From Escherichia coli (GTDB lineage: Bacteria > Pseudomonadota > Gammaproteobacteria > Enterobacterales > Enterobacteriaceae): DNA of 64,000 bases. The stretch is from assembly GCA_020819635.1 (NCBI GenBank), contig GCA_020819635.1_4533.1. One strand, given 5' to 3'. Under the pieces are notes generated by a model. It searched no databases and had not been told where the DNA came from. It saw nothing but the letters and a program-made list of their open reading frames with translations. The position numbers were made by a program, and so were the translations under genes. Positions 29,163 through 38,870 of the stretch are shown here, one piece after another; positions within the stretch are counted from its first letter, which is position 1; each line of letters starts with the position of its first letter.

Positions 29163-29372
29163 TCAATATAGATCTAATGTTAGACTAACAGTTATCCAAC
29201 AAACAATAGCAGTCCATATAACAAGTAATGATCTACAAACTACATCCCATTCAAATACATTGTATGTTAACCATTCTCCCATCACAACAGAAGAACCCAA
29301 CCAACATCCAACAACAACTATAATCCAATAAAAGAATCCTACAGTAGAGTATACAGCAAAAGCTTTTAACAT
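29163..29372 (-). CDS. small membrane protein
   Basis: 69 aa, two hydrophobic segments; GGAGGAAAG RBS. Confidence 0.45.
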   Translation of the reverse strand: MLKAFAVYSTVGFFYWIIVVVGCWLGSSVVMGEWLTYNVFEWDVVCRSLLVIWTAIVCWITVSLTLDLY

Positions 29373-29785
29373 CTTTCCTCCAGAAGTTGTTCAACAGTTT
29401 GACGAGTATGATTGTCCCAGTAAACCTTAGTGAAGTCAAGAGTTCCTTGTTTGTTTCTCTTAGTTTCGAAGAAGTATCCGCCTTCTCTTTCTACTCTGTC
29501 TCTAATGTGCTCTATGAGGTGCTTTTTACAAGATGCTGATAAACAATAGTCATACTCCCCACGAAGCAATGCTATAGCTGCAAGTCTGTTATCACCAACT
29601 TGGGATATTGTCCAAGAAAGCATACTACCTTCTATACCTAAAGGTGTTTGTCGAATGGAATATCCACCATGCCGACTGATAGAAATTATGGCAAGTGGTT
29701 CTCCTGTTAGAGATCTTCCTAATGCACCTTCTGTTGGACTTCCTTCAATAATACGTTTGAAAAAAGCTTTGATCTTACCTAACAT
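29366..29785 (-). CDS. hypothetical protein
   Basis: 139-aa ORF. Confidence 0.5.
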   Translation of the reverse strand: MLGKIKAFFKRIIEGSPTEGALGRSLTGEPLAIISISRHGGYSIRQTPLGIEGSMLSWTISQVGDNRLAAIALLRGEYDYCLSASCKKHLIEHIRDRVEREGGYFFETKRNKQGTLDFTKVYWDNHTRQTVEQLLEERC

Positions 29786-29929
29786 AAGTCCCCCTTAAAA
29801 ATTTACTTGTTTAAAGTATCTCTTACTTGTTCTGCTTGACGTTTAGTAATAAAAGTCCCAACCGAAACGTTAAACTCATTGACTACAGAGAACGATCCAT
29901 CACGATTCTCACGAATATTAAACAATTTC

Positions 29930-30133
29930 TTACTCATTTCTACCTCCTCCGATGCTTTGTGCAGTACCATCCCAAGCCATTAGAATATTTGCCAATAGTT
30001 CACGAGGCTCTTTAAACCAAACTTCCATTTCATCAAGAATCTCGTCCGTGTCGTAAGTATAACCTGGAACACCAAGTTCCCATTTCTTAATATAACTTTC
30101 TAACCAATGGTGATAATTCTTAACCCCATTCAT
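29930..30133 (-). CDS. hypothetical protein
   Basis: 67-aa ORF. Confidence 0.4.
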   Translation of the reverse strand: MNGVKNYHHWLESYIKKWELGVPGYTYDTDEILDEMEVWFKEPRELLANILMAWDGTAQSIGGGRNE

Positions 30134-30458
30134 ACTGTGCTACCTTTTCTTTTACCCAATCTACGCGATCTTTGTCATAATGTTGAGTGCCAAGAAAAAG
30201 ACCGTTGTGGAAGCTTTCAGCACCGAAAGGATAAATTGGATCTAAACCATCTTCTTCAAATAACATTTTTAATCTGTTTGATGTAGATTTCTTAGTTTCT
30301 GAATCGTAGCTTGTGGTTATAAGCCAATCTTCCAAACAACGACATAACCCTTGACGAGAATCCCAAGGAAAAACACAATCTCCAACAGGAGCTTTTTCCG
30401 CCCATTCTAACCAGCCTTTAAAAAAGTTATACAGTATGTAGTCTTCAGTGTAATACAT
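30120..30458 (-). CDS. paralog-family protein, member 7 (unknown function)
   Basis: shares GLC...PF...R(V/I)xWVK(D/E)(R/K)(I/V) motifs with six other ORFs; AAGGAGG RBS. Confidence 0.55.
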   Translation of the reverse strand: MYYTEDYILYNFFKGWLEWAEKAPVGDCVFPWDSRQGLCRCLEDWLITTSYDSETKKSTSNRLKMLFEEDGLDPIYPFGAESFHNGLFLGTQHYDKDRVDWVKEKVAQYEWG

Positions 30459-30510
30459 TAGCGCCTCCTTTACATATACAATAACACCCCCGCAGAACGG
30501 GGTGCAACTG

Positions 30511-31122
30511 TTATTTAATCTGTTTGAAAATTTCGTTTGGAACGGTACCGTTTAAAATACCTTCTACGATCTCTTGTGCAGATGTGTAAGAGAGTCCAAA
30601 AGAAGCTACGCCTAAAATTGCCTCCTTCAAAGGATCTGGTAAGGGTTCAAAATTACCTGCAACAAATCCTCCCGCACAAGCAGCACCTTCATCATCCCAG
30701 AAAACAACTGCTACTTCATTACCATGTGAAGTTGTGCGATGTGCAAGAACTTCAACTTCAGTACCTTCTTTAGGAATAGAATAAGAGGTGTCCCAGGAGT
30801 ATCTTTCCAAATCGGGGACAAAAATAACCTTCTCACCTACTGGCGGCAGTTCACAACGATAATACCAAGAATTTTTTTCGTTCATTGTTTTATTTTCCTC
30901 CACGTCTTCAAAAGTAACGATCCAATCATAACCGTAAGAAAACGGATATTTTAGATCTAAAGAATAAGTTTGACCTAGATCGTCCTCAACAAGAACCATC
31001 CTGTCAAAGTTTGCGATGTTAGGATTATGTTTAATGACAGGGTATGTTTCCCCTACAGTAAATTGTCCCAAATGGTAAAGTTCGTCTCTCCAAGTGATTT
31101 TGATACGAGTGCATTGAATCAT
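30511..31122 (-). CDS. hypothetical protein
   Basis: 203-aa ORF. Confidence 0.5.
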   Translation of the reverse strand: MIQCTRIKITWRDELYHLGQFTVGETYPVIKHNPNIANFDRMVLVEDDLGQTYSLDLKYPFSYGYDWIVTFEDVEENKTMNEKNSWYYRCELPPVGEKVIFVPDLERYSWDTSYSIPKEGTEVEVLAHRTTSHGNEVAVVFWDDEGAACAGGFVAGNFEPLPDPLKEAILGVASFGLSYTSAQEIVEGILNGTVPNEIFKQIK

Positions 31123-31126
31123 AAAA

Positions 31127-31399
31127 TTACCCCCAAGAAATAGCTATGTATCTTACAATGTTTGCACTGTCTAAAGCCATGTTTGCACCACACCCACGCT
31201 CGCGCCAGTAACTAACAATACCTTCACAAATACTCTCTTGCATCTTCTTATCATTTGGCATTTCTAGTATAAGACTTGGGTTGTGGATGTTTATGTTATA
31301 ATATCCTTCCTCTGCGGCTTGAGCTACCAATTTACTCACTTTTTCAAAGTACGGGGAATTAGTGGCATCTGCCATTGTTTTTAAGGTTTGTCTATCCAT
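31127..31399 (-). CDS. hypothetical protein
   Basis: 90-aa ORF. Confidence 0.45.
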   Translation of the reverse strand: MDRQTLKTMADATNSPYFEKVSKLVAQAAEEGYYNINIHNPSLILEMPNDKKMQESICEGIVSYWRERGCGANMALDSANIVRYIAISWG

Positions 31400-31764
31400 T
31401 ATTCTGCCTCATCATAAAAGAAATCCAACTCTTGTTCCAGTTGTTTAACTCGATCTTTAACCCACTGTATACGTTTTTCATTAAACATGCAACGTTTTTC
31501 CTTACACTCTTGCTCAAAAGATTTTGCTGTGTTAAACGGGAAAGTTGTATCTAAACCAGCGTTTTCAAAACTGGCTAATTGCATACCATAAACAGAATAT
31601 GCTAAAGAATGCTCGGCCCGAAATTCATCGCTTATATACATACGTAGACCTCGGCATAAGCCAACATCAGCGTAACCACTTTCTCTTGGAAAGAGACGGA
31701 GGTGTTCTAACCAATTATTATAGAAATCTAAAAGAATCCTCTTACACTTCAAATCGATTGTCAT
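31399..31764 (-). CDS. paralog-family protein, member 6 (unknown function)
   Basis: LLDFYNNWLEH...GLCRGL...TFPFN...KRIQWVKDRV; start set at MTIDLK after GAAGGAGAAA RBS. Confidence 0.55.
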   Translation of the reverse strand: MTIDLKCKRILLDFYNNWLEHLRLFPRESGYADVGLCRGLRMYISDEFRAEHSLAYSVYGMQLASFENAGLDTTFPFNTAKSFEQECKEKRCMFNEKRIQWVKDRVKQLEQELDFFYDEAE

Positions 31765-32164
31765 AAAAAGTTTCTCCTTCATCGAACAAGTTGGCAAGAT
31801 TGTTCACGGCAATCTGGGTGGAAAGAAGACAACTGTTTGCAGACACATAAGCACGAGCTATTTTGTAAACATAGGCTTTCGTATTACAATTGTCTAGGAT
31901 CGGAAGACTTTCGTCGATAGCATCTATAACACTAAACATCACATCTAAAACTTTAATGGTGAGTGTTGTATTTGTATCTTCGTAACCTTTTTCAATCCGA
32001 CCTGAATAGAAAGCATAGTCCTCAACAGTTCGTCGTTTAAACTGGCGCATAAAATCGGAACCATCTGTAGCAGAATTGAACAAATTTTCAAAAAATACGT
32101 CCCATCCGGCAAAAAGGGCTGACAGCATGATTAAGTGATCTACAGATTCATTTTCTTGTTTCAT
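31742..32164 (-). CDS. hypothetical protein
   Basis: 140-aa ORF. Confidence 0.5.
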   Translation of the reverse strand: MKQENESVDHLIMLSALFAGWDVFFENLFNSATDGSDFMRQFKRRTVEDYAFYSGRIEKGYEDTNTTLTIKVLDVMFSVIDAIDESLPILDNCNTKAYVYKIARAYVSANSCLLSTQIAVNNLANLFDEGETFYDNRFEV

Positions 32165-32172
32165 ATCCTCTC

Positions 32173-32844
32173 CTATTTAATGTTCAGTCTGGCACACAAA
32201 CGAGAAACAGTTTTAGCATCCCATTTACCACCACGTGCTGTTGCTATTTTCTTACTATTGAATTTTTCAGCAATAGTTTTGTAAGGTGTATTTAAATCTC
32301 TAAGGATCTCCAAGCGTTCACGGAATGTCTCTGCAAAAGCGTCTGCTTTAACAGAATTGTATTCCATTTTTCCTTTTCTACGTGCAGCGGCAGTTTTAGG
32401 ATTAGCACTGCCTAATAAAACACCTTTGCTTTTTGCTACAGCAAGACCCTTTTTAATACGATCAGCAATACCTCTAACTTCTTGTTCAGCCAGAACAGAC
32501 AGAAGCTGTATAACCATTTTATCTGCGTCTGGCATGATGGCTATCTTAACATCGATCATTTCTAGAAGAGTTGCTACAGAGGCGTTGTTACGACCCAAGC
32601 GGTCAACTTTAGCTACCAATAAAGTTGCTCCGGTAGCTTTACACATTTCAACCGCTTTAACCAGTTCCTTACGTTGCTTCCAATCGCCCTTGCCCGAATA
32701 GTATTCAGAAAATTGACCAATAACTTCCGCATCAGGCACAGAGTCTAAGAAGTAACGGATATCATTCTCTTGGCTCTCCATACCATATTGTGCCTCACCT
32801 TTTTTCTGTTTAGAAAGACGACTGTAAACAACAAACTTTTTCAT
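32173..32844 (-). CDS. small serine recombinase (resolvase/invertase family)
   Basis: catalytic VYSRLSKQ (Ser nucleophile), VDRLGRN, C-terminal HTH ATARGGKWDAKTVSRL; own TTGACA-17-TAAAGT promoter upstream. Confidence 0.75.
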   Translation of the reverse strand: MKKFVVYSRLSKQKKGEAQYGMESQENDIRYFLDSVPDAEVIGQFSEYYSGKGDWKQRKELVKAVEMCKATGATLLVAKVDRLGRNNASVATLLEMIDVKIAIMPDADKMVIQLLSVLAEQEVRGIADRIKKGLAVAKSKGVLLGSANPKTAAARRKGKMEYNSVKADAFAETFRERLEILRDLNTPYKTIAEKFNSKKIATARGGKWDAKTVSRLCARLNIK

Positions 32845-32914
32845 AACCACTCCTAAACCATTGCTGTATTCTCACTTTACAAAACGAATAAACACTTGTC
32901 AAGGTATTTATTAT

Positions 32915-33127
32915 TTACAGCCATTCTACTCTTAAGCAGTATTCCTCGACATGTTGTTTACGCTTGTTTTTGTCTATGTAAGTGTATTCAACAAATGTCC
33001 CAAGATAGTCCTTGTCTACATTGTGTGGGCTATTGATTGGACATTTAGTACGACAAACCCGTTGCCACTGACGAAGAATTACGGTTTTGTTTTTAGGATC
33101 AAAGGGATGAGGGTAATGTACCTTCAT
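32915..33127 (-). CDS. hypothetical protein
   Basis: 70-aa ORF. Confidence 0.4.
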   Translation of the reverse strand: MKVHYPHPFDPKNKTVILRQWQRVCRTKCPINSPHNVDKDYLGTFVEYTYIDKNKRKQHVEEYCLRVEWL

Positions 33128-33451
33128 TCACGCCCCCTGTTTTAGTCGAAAAATATTTTGAATAACTAGAGATGTATAGTTATCACCTAGTCCCATAAGT
33201 TGTACTTCCAAGTTTCGAATATCTTCCACCGTAGGAGGATATGTTGGTAAAAATGCTTGAGCATTGCCAGATCCAACCTCATTGCTGTAAGCAGTTGTAA
33301 AATTGTAAGATACAAAACATGAAACACCTTTTTGTCGGTACCCGATTAATCGACGAATACACCAGATAAGAGCCAAACCTATGAGAACACCTCCTAAACC
33401 AGCTAACAAAAAGGATAAGTTCATAATAGCTTCGTTAACAACTGCTTGCAT
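33128..33451 (-). CDS. membrane protein
   Basis: 107 aa with a hydrophobic helix LSFLLAGLGGVLIGLALIWCI. Confidence 0.45.
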   Translation of the reverse strand: MQAVVNEAIMNLSFLLAGLGGVLIGLALIWCIRRLIGYRQKGVSCFVSYNFTTAYSNEVGSGNAQAFLPTYPPTVEDIRNLEVQLMGLGDNYTSLVIQNIFRLKQGA

Positions 33452-33461
33452 TCTTTTCTCC

Positions 33462-33761
33462 TTAGTTATGTAAACCCAAATGTGCTACAACTTCTCTACG
33501 ATAAGATAACTGCATAGCGATTTTATAGCCAGGATGAAAACCATTTACATCAATGTCATCAAACCAAACCTCAAACGAACCGTGCTTAAGAGTCATTAAG
33601 TTGATATACCATTCGATAATATAATGATCGTCAGCAATACCTTCGATGTAAAATTCTCGGCAACAGTGAGATAGGTCTTCACTTGTTTCACGTTTCCAGT
33701 CCTTGATAGCACCTTTCTCTTTAGCTTCATTCAAAATTTTGATCAGGTCTTCAACTTGCAT
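33462..33761 (-). CDS. hypothetical protein
   Basis: 99-aa ORF. Confidence 0.45.
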   Translation of the reverse strand: MQVEDLIKILNEAKEKGAIKDWKRETSEDLSHCCREFYIEGIADDHYIIEWYINLMTLKHGSFEVWFDDIDVNGFHPGYKIAMQLSYRREVVAHLGLHN

Positions 33762-33814
33762 ATCTATCTCCTTTGTGGTTAATCTTTATATTTTAAATAT
33801 TGTACCGTCTTCGC

Positions 33815-34228
33815 TCAAATAGCCTCTTTCTCTAAAACAACTCTTTGGATCACAACATCTTCAATGTTTGCCAAACAATGACCCAAAGTCAATCCCGCCT
33901 TGAAAGGTGCTTGTAGTTTGGATTCAGCTTCTACGCGAATAGAATGTTCCGCTCCGCACATGGTGTAATCTACACGGTAAACGTTTAAACCTAAGAACAT
34001 AGATTCTTCTTCCTCACAACAAGGATTGAGTTCAGCCCATTCCCAAGCATCTCCTTCTAAAGCAAACGGAGTGTTGTAATTGAAGAAAGTGCAGCGCGGA
34101 TATTCCCCGTTGAAAGAATCTTTCAGCAAAATATACTTCTTACCGTTTGCGTGGAATAGTTCTCCTTTGATAACCTTACCTACAAGGATATCACTGTTAG
34201 TGGAACGGGTGCAAATAAACTTTTTCAT
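33815..34228 (-). CDS. hypothetical protein
   Basis: 137-aa ORF. Confidence 0.5.
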   Translation of the reverse strand: MKKFICTRSTNSDILVGKVIKGELFHANGKKYILLKDSFNGEYPRCTFFNYNTPFALEGDAWEWAELNPCCEEEESMFLGLNVYRVDYTMCGAEHSIRVEAESKLQAPFKAGLTLGHCLANIEDVVIQRVVLEKEAI

Positions 34229-34282
34229 GATTTTCTCCTCTTTGTTTCGATGAGATGATTATGACAAAGACAGATCCTTCTG

Positions 34283-34603
34283 TCAACTATTTATTTCTTC
34301 TGCTACACGTTCTTTTACCCAGTTCACACGATCCACATTCAAGTGACAGCGGCTTTTTTCCGCTTCTAAGGTGTACTTTCCAAAATTACTGTTGAAAGGC
34401 AACACCATAACCAAATCTTTGCGGTAGAACTGCTCATGCATTTCATCCAGTACTGGTTCGTATCGTTCGCTTTCACCCATATCATAAAAATCATAGAGGT
34501 TCGAGCACAAACCTGTGCAACGGGTGAACGGTTCACCTTCAGGAGCACCAGCTTCCAACCATGCCAAATACGTGCGGTAAAATGTTAATAGTTCTTCGCT
34601 CAT
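34283..34603 (-). CDS. paralog-family protein, member 5 (unknown function)
   Basis: FYRTYLAWLEAGAP...GLCSNL...LPFN...CHLNVDRVNWVKERV. Confidence 0.55.
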   Translation of the reverse strand: MSEELLTFYRTYLAWLEAGAPEGEPFTRCTGLCSNLYDFYDMGESERYEPVLDEMHEQFYRKDLVMVLPFNSNFGKYTLEAEKSRCHLNVDRVNWVKERVAEEINS

Positions 34604-34812
34604 TTCCCCTCTCCTTCGTGATAGTAAACCTCAAAAGAATAGTAAGTGAACATGCTCATCGTGACACCTGCCATTTCTGGATCAACGGAAGTGTTGTTAT
34701 ACATGTCAACTACTGCCTGACCCGCTGCTTTGGCATGTGCTGCCGAATCACAGGCACAAACATCTTTCTCCCACGGAAACTTGCCATCATACTTAAGACG
34801 GACAATCCACAT
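34600..34812 (-). CDS. hypothetical protein
   Basis: 70-aa ORF. Confidence 0.4.
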   Translation of the reverse strand: MWIVRLKYDGKFPWEKDVCACDSAAHAKAAGQAVVDMYNNTSVDPEMAGVTMSMFTYYSFEVYYHEGEGK

Positions 34813-34814
34813 GT

Positions 34815-35042
34815 TTATTCCTCCATCTTAAACCATTCAGGGAACACTTTGTGGAAGACACGAGTTGTTTCCAAAAGGAATTCCAATTCTTTTTCCTGAT
34901 CTGTGTCCCAACCATTTATTTTAACACGGTTTGCTAATGCACTTGCACGATGACTCAACTCTTGACAAATCGGATCACGCAAGAATATTGCATCATAAAA
35001 CTGACAAACAGCTTCAAGTTCATACCAATTATAAGCAGCCAC
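34815..35042 (-). CDS. hypothetical protein
   Basis: 75-aa ORF. Confidence 0.4.
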   Translation of the reverse strand: MAAYNWYELEAVCQFYDAIFLRDPICQELSHRASALANRVKINGWDTDQEKELEFLLETTRVFHKVFPEWFKMEE

Positions 35043-35368
35043 TATTCATTCTCCTCTGCAATACGATCTTTCACCCAATTAATCCTGTCCACGTTCAGGT
35101 GACAGGCATCTGCGTCTGACTCTAAAACATATGCATCATAGTTCTCATTGAAAGGGAGTTCTTGACTCAACCCTTTATAGTGGAACTGCGCGTGCATTTC
35201 ATCTGATAAGGTCGTTATAATGGGGTTGTAATTGTCTCTGTGCACATAATCGAACAAGTTGGCACACAAACCGCAATCCCGCCGAAAAGGTTTACCATCA
35301 GGAGCACCAACATCAATCCATGCTAGATAAATTTTATAAAACTCCATCAACCTTGCGCTTGTTTTCAT
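35042..35368 (-). CDS. paralog-family protein, member 4 (unknown function)
   Basis: FYKIYLAWIDVGAP...GLCANL...LPFN...CHLNVDRINWVKDRI. Confidence 0.55.
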   Translation of the reverse strand: MKTSARLMEFYKIYLAWIDVGAPDGKPFRRDCGLCANLFDYVHRDNYNPIITTLSDEMHAQFHYKGLSQELPFNENYDAYVLESDADACHLNVDRINWVKDRIAEENE

Positions 35369-35606
35369 TTAGCCACCTCGTTAGTTTTTCTTGCTCTTTG
35401 TTTGCGCGTTCTAAGTTTCTAAACTTTAAACAAAGGGAACGAGAATCCCTACCCATGCACAAGCTTTCATCTAAGCTGTGCTCCCCAACCAACCAAAGAG
35501 AATATGTTTGAACATCTAACCCATAGTTTCTGTCTTTCCATAATCTCACCCCAAGAACATCAAAAGGCGCTTCCGCGACTAAAGAAAGAAACCGATCTTT
35601 ATTCAT
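35334..35606 (-). CDS. hypothetical protein
   Basis: 90-aa ORF. Confidence 0.4.
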   Translation of the reverse strand: MNKDRFLSLVAEAPFDVLGVRLWKDRNYGLDVQTYSLWLVGEHSLDESLCMGRDSRSLCLKFRNLERANKEQEKLTRWLNENKRKVDGVL

Positions 35607-35668
35607 ATTACACCACCTTGCTCACGTTGATAATGTATGTATACCATACATAAAATAAATGTCAAGGC

Positions 35669-35869
35669 TTATCGACACAGATAGTTGTAACGATCTGCTT
35701 TATCCTCTGCTTCAGCAAAGTCAGCAATCAAGGAAGTTTTGAGTTCTTCCAACTCTTTCACCCAAGAGTCGTAATCGTCCTGTGTTTCTCCAATAGTTTG
35801 GAGAAAACAATCGTCGTAGCCAATAGACATGGCTAACTCGATAATACGTTCCAGTTTTTCTTCCATCAC
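35669..35869 (-). CDS. hypothetical acidic protein
   Basis: 66-aa ORF. Confidence 0.4.
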   Translation of the reverse strand: MMEEKLERIIELAMSIGYDDCFLQTIGETQDDYDSWVKELEELKTSLIADFAEAEDKADRYNYLCR

Positions 35870-36228
35870 TTCTCTCCTTCTACAGACTTCTGTTTAACAT
35901 AAAAGTAAGCACCGCGAGCAAGATACAAATCATGTTCAATATCGCTCACAGGAAAACCATCTGGATTTTTAAAACCATCTTCTACAGCCAAAATGAGAGA
36001 TCGTAAACTAATAGCTAACAACTCCATTTGATCTTGTAGTTTTCTATTTTCTGCATAAAGGTTTTTGCATTTTTGTTCTGCATTTTTCCATTGTTCTAAT
36101 GCATGATCATAGCGGTGCATAAGAATAGCTTTTTCTTGTTCACGCTTAAAAGTTTCTTCACAAATGAAACCCGTGCCTAAACCAGTTTCTTCATCTTTGA
36201 CAAATACTTCAACAAAATCTTTAGACAT
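35866..36228 (-). CDS. hypothetical protein
   Basis: start set at MSKDFVEV after AGGAGA RBS; longer ORF-table version overlaps upstream gene. Confidence 0.45.
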   Translation of the reverse strand: MSKDFVEVFVKDEETGLGTGFICEETFKREQEKAILMHRYDHALEQWKNAEQKCKNLYAENRKLQDQMELLAISLRSLILAVEDGFKNPDGFPVSDIEHDLYLARGAYFYVKQKSVEGEK

Positions 36229-36229
36229 A

Positions 36230-36493
36230 TTATCTCCTATTTGCTTTTGGATACTCCCAACCCTCTGGGAGATCTTCTTTACACATCCACTCAAAAGGCC
36301 AGCGACAATAACTATGCCACTTCCCATCAAGATACAAGCAATCTTCATCTACTGGTCCACAAGGGTTGATAACTACAACACACCCTTTCGCTCGCCAATA
36401 TTGAACTATTTCAGGGTAAAAACAAGAAACGTCGGTCCACTCCCAAATACGCTCATCATTCAAACGATATGCTGCTGGCAATGTTTCTTCCAT
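36230..36493 (-). CDS. hypothetical protein
   Basis: 87-aa ORF. Confidence 0.45.
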   Translation of the reverse strand: MEETLPAAYRLNDERIWEWTDVSCFYPEIVQYWRAKGCVVVINPCGPVDEDCLYLDGKWHSYCRWPFEWMCKEDLPEGWEYPKANRR

Positions 36494-36497
36494 ATTA

Positions 36498-36956
36498 TTA
36501 AACCTCTGTCAAAGAGAAACGCCAATTACGGCTGTCTCCTTCTCCTAAATACCAACAATCTGCAACATTGATTACTTCATAAGGAATACGCCAAGCATGA
36601 ACGAAATCTGGAATCTCTGGCTTATGACTGTAACCATAACGATCACCACTTGAATCTGTTGTAATATAATTAACAAATTCAGGAACATCTAGAGTTTCAC
36701 CTTGATATTGCACACGCTTAAACCCTTCTTCTACCTCCTTTGGCAAACCTTCTACTAGACAAGCAAGAAGTTGAATGTGAGGGCAAGTGAAGTCTTGTCC
36801 TGGATAACGTGAACGAATATCGTCTAACAATGCGATCACAGCATCTAATAATTCTTTATAATCCTCGTATCTTACAAATGTCCCTTCTGTAGGGTCATCT
36901 TTACATAGAGGCCAAGCATCACTCCAATTTACACCATAATGTTTAACTTTAGACAT
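36498..36956 (-). CDS. hypothetical protein
   Basis: 152-aa ORF. Confidence 0.5.
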   Translation of the reverse strand: MSKVKHYGVNWSDAWPLCKDDPTEGTFVRYEDYKELLDAVIALLDDIRSRYPGQDFTCPHIQLLACLVEGLPKEVEEGFKRVQYQGETLDVPEFVNYITTDSSGDRYGYSHKPEIPDFVHAWRIPYEVINVADCWYLGEGDSRNWRFSLTEV

Positions 36957-37043
36957 TTAAACTCCTATTCATAAACTAAGCTACCTAAAAGAAATATACA
37001 CACAGTGAAAAATATGATTTCGAACATCTTACGGTGAACTCTC

Positions 37044-37442
37044 TTAGTGTTGAGTACAATCAGCTTCTAGAGTAAGAACATTTGTTATTGTTTTATCATT
37101 TTTAAGAAATGCAAACCAAGCTAAAGTGTCCCGATATTCTGTGCGTAGCATAACCACTTCAGTGGTGCCAATAAACTGTTGTGAACCGTACATAGCACTA
37201 CCATCTTTACTCTTTTCTCCTGTGTGTTGCAGAACACCACTCATCAAAGCACCACCTGAATTTTTAAGGATAAAGGAGTTATCTTTATTAATGACAACAG
37301 AAGCCATTTTCTTAGGACCAGAAATCACTTCACCTTTCAGATTTTTAACAACCACATCTGACACACACTCATAAACTTGAGACGCATTTGCTGTTCCAAG
37401 TGATGCGATGAGTAACAAGAAACCTACGATGATCTTTTTCAT
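37044..37442 (-). CDS. secreted protein with signal peptide
   Basis: MKKIIVGFLLLIASLGTANA signal-peptide-like N-terminus. Confidence 0.5.
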   Translation of the reverse strand: MKKIIVGFLLLIASLGTANASQVYECVSDVVVKNLKGEVISGPKKMASVVINKDNSFILKNSGGALMSGVLQHTGEKSKDGSAMYGSQQFIGTTEVVMLRTEYRDTLAWFAFLKNDKTITNVLTLEADCTQH

Positions 37443-37537
37443 ATAAACTCTCCTCTTTATTTACCCGACGCGCCCCTGTTGGGCGGAAAGGGTTGTACGC
37501 AAAATTTTTAGCTCCAATCGTCGGGTGTCCCGACTCC

Positions 37538-37744
37538 TTACGCTTTTAATGTTTTAACAGAATGACAAGCTTTGCAAACAATAACCGGAACAAGTTCATC
37601 TCCATTATCTGCATAAATCACTGTTTTCTTCATTCTGCCACCACATGAACAATACTCTGTATGATCTGCTGGAATATTAAATATTCCGTAATCACTTTCA
37701 TACTGTTTCTTACATACGGACACTGCTTTTGTAAAACAAGACAT
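37538..37744 (-). CDS. small Cys-rich protein
   Basis: CKKQ...CSCGG...CKACH. Confidence 0.4.
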   Translation of the reverse strand: MSCFTKAVSVCKKQYESDYGIFNIPADHTEYCSCGGRMKKTVIYADNGDELVPVIVCKACHSVKTLKA

Positions 37745-37746
37745 AC

Positions 37747-37968
37747 CTACTCCGCAAGAACATTCACTTCGTCAGAGAAAAATACGTAATCACAACCTTC
37801 CCAAACATCTTCTTCAAACCACTCCCATCCCTCAACTTTGGACATTTCTTCTATCGTAACAAAGAATGTTGTCATATCATCACTAACAAGATGTGCTTCA
37901 ACAATAAAAGGAATCTGAACATTCTCAAAACCAACATAACCCAATACATCACAAACTCTAATTTTCAT
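37747..37968 (-). CDS. hypothetical protein
   Basis: 73-aa ORF. Confidence 0.4.
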   Translation of the reverse strand: MKIRVCDVLGYVGFENVQIPFIVEAHLVSDDMTTFFVTIEEMSKVEGWEWFEEDVWEGCDYVFFSDEVNVLAE

Positions 37969-37969
37969 A

Positions 37970-38170
37970 TTATGCTCCTTTGTAGATTATGTTGGTGCGT
38001 TCACACTCTGCCACCAGCAAGCGATTCGCAATGTTATCCATAGGAACATCAATCTCTACGCTCCAGGCATTGATATACACTTCTTCAATTTTTGCTCCAA
38101 ACGTTTGTGCGATCAAGGCAACAGCCCCGGCATATTCAAGTTTAATCTCAATTACCATTTTGCACCTCAA
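37970..38170 (-). CDS. hypothetical protein
   Basis: 66-aa ORF. Confidence 0.4.
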   Translation of the reverse strand: MRCKMVIEIKLEYAGAVALIAQTFGAKIEEVYINAWSVEIDVPMDNIANRLLVAECERTNIIYKGA

Positions 38171-38172
38171 GG

Positions 38173-38409
38173 TTATTTATCTTGCTTGTATCTTACAAGG
38201 CGATCACACTCCAGGTCAAGAAATTTCTCCGCATTTCGTTCATGTTTGAGCACAATACATTGTTCTTTCCAGTCTGTAGCTCTTTGCTGCGCTGCTCCTG
38301 GGTCAAAATCCCAAAGCCATGCTGCGAAAAGAACAACTATAACAATTACCAAGAAACTAAACACTATTGGCATTGCACATCCTCCTGTGTAGCATGATCT
38401 TTTACCCAT
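38173..38409 (-). CDS. small membrane protein
   Basis: hydrophobic IVFSFLVIVIVVLFAAWLW segment. Confidence 0.4.
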   Translation of the reverse strand: MGKRSCYTGGCAMPIVFSFLVIVIVVLFAAWLWDFDPGAAQQRATDWKEQCIVLKHERNAEKFLDLECDRLVRYKQDK

Positions 38410-38678
38410 TTTATACGGGCAGCATTCAAATGCAATAGCCCGTTTCTTTGTGCAAAATCATATTTAAACCAATCTCCGTCATCAAACGGGTATTCTTCAG
38501 ACAATCCTGCCTCACGGAATTGCATTTGCATTTCATAATTTAGATCATCGTAACCACCAGTCCAAAGGTAGAGGCAACTACATAATCCTTTATCATGCCA
38601 GAAAGGATTATTATCTGGAGCACCAGCTAATAGCCAGTTATGATATGCCTGATAAAATTCTTTAAGTTCCTCTGACAT
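38364..38678 (-). CDS. paralog-family protein, member 3 (unknown function)
   Basis: FYQAYHNWLLAGAP...GLCSCL...YPFD...ARIKWVKDH. Confidence 0.55.
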   Translation of the reverse strand: MSEELKEFYQAYHNWLLAGAPDNNPFWHDKGLCSCLYLWTGGYDDLNYEMQMQFREAGLSEEYPFDDGDWFKYDFAQRNGLLHLNAARIKWVKDHATQEDVQCQ

Positions 38679-38870
38679 TTAACCTCCTGTATACAGTGTT
38701 GAAAGATACGCAGCAAAAGCATTCTCGGCTGTTTTCACCTCCTCTTCAAGATCTTCACGCTCTGCTGGCGTTAATGCATTCCGCACAGCAGCGTCTGCTT
38801 CTCGGATTTTTCTTACTAAACGTGAAACATCTTTCAATTGTTGAAAAGTAGCCATAATCTTTCTCCTGTT

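Noticed and set aside
32173-32844. Prophage integrase with attachment site
   Set aside because: The enzyme is a small resolvase/invertase-type serine recombinase, not a large serine or tyrosine integrase, and no att-like repeats or host-like flanking genes are visible; the window looks like lytic phage DNA throughout.
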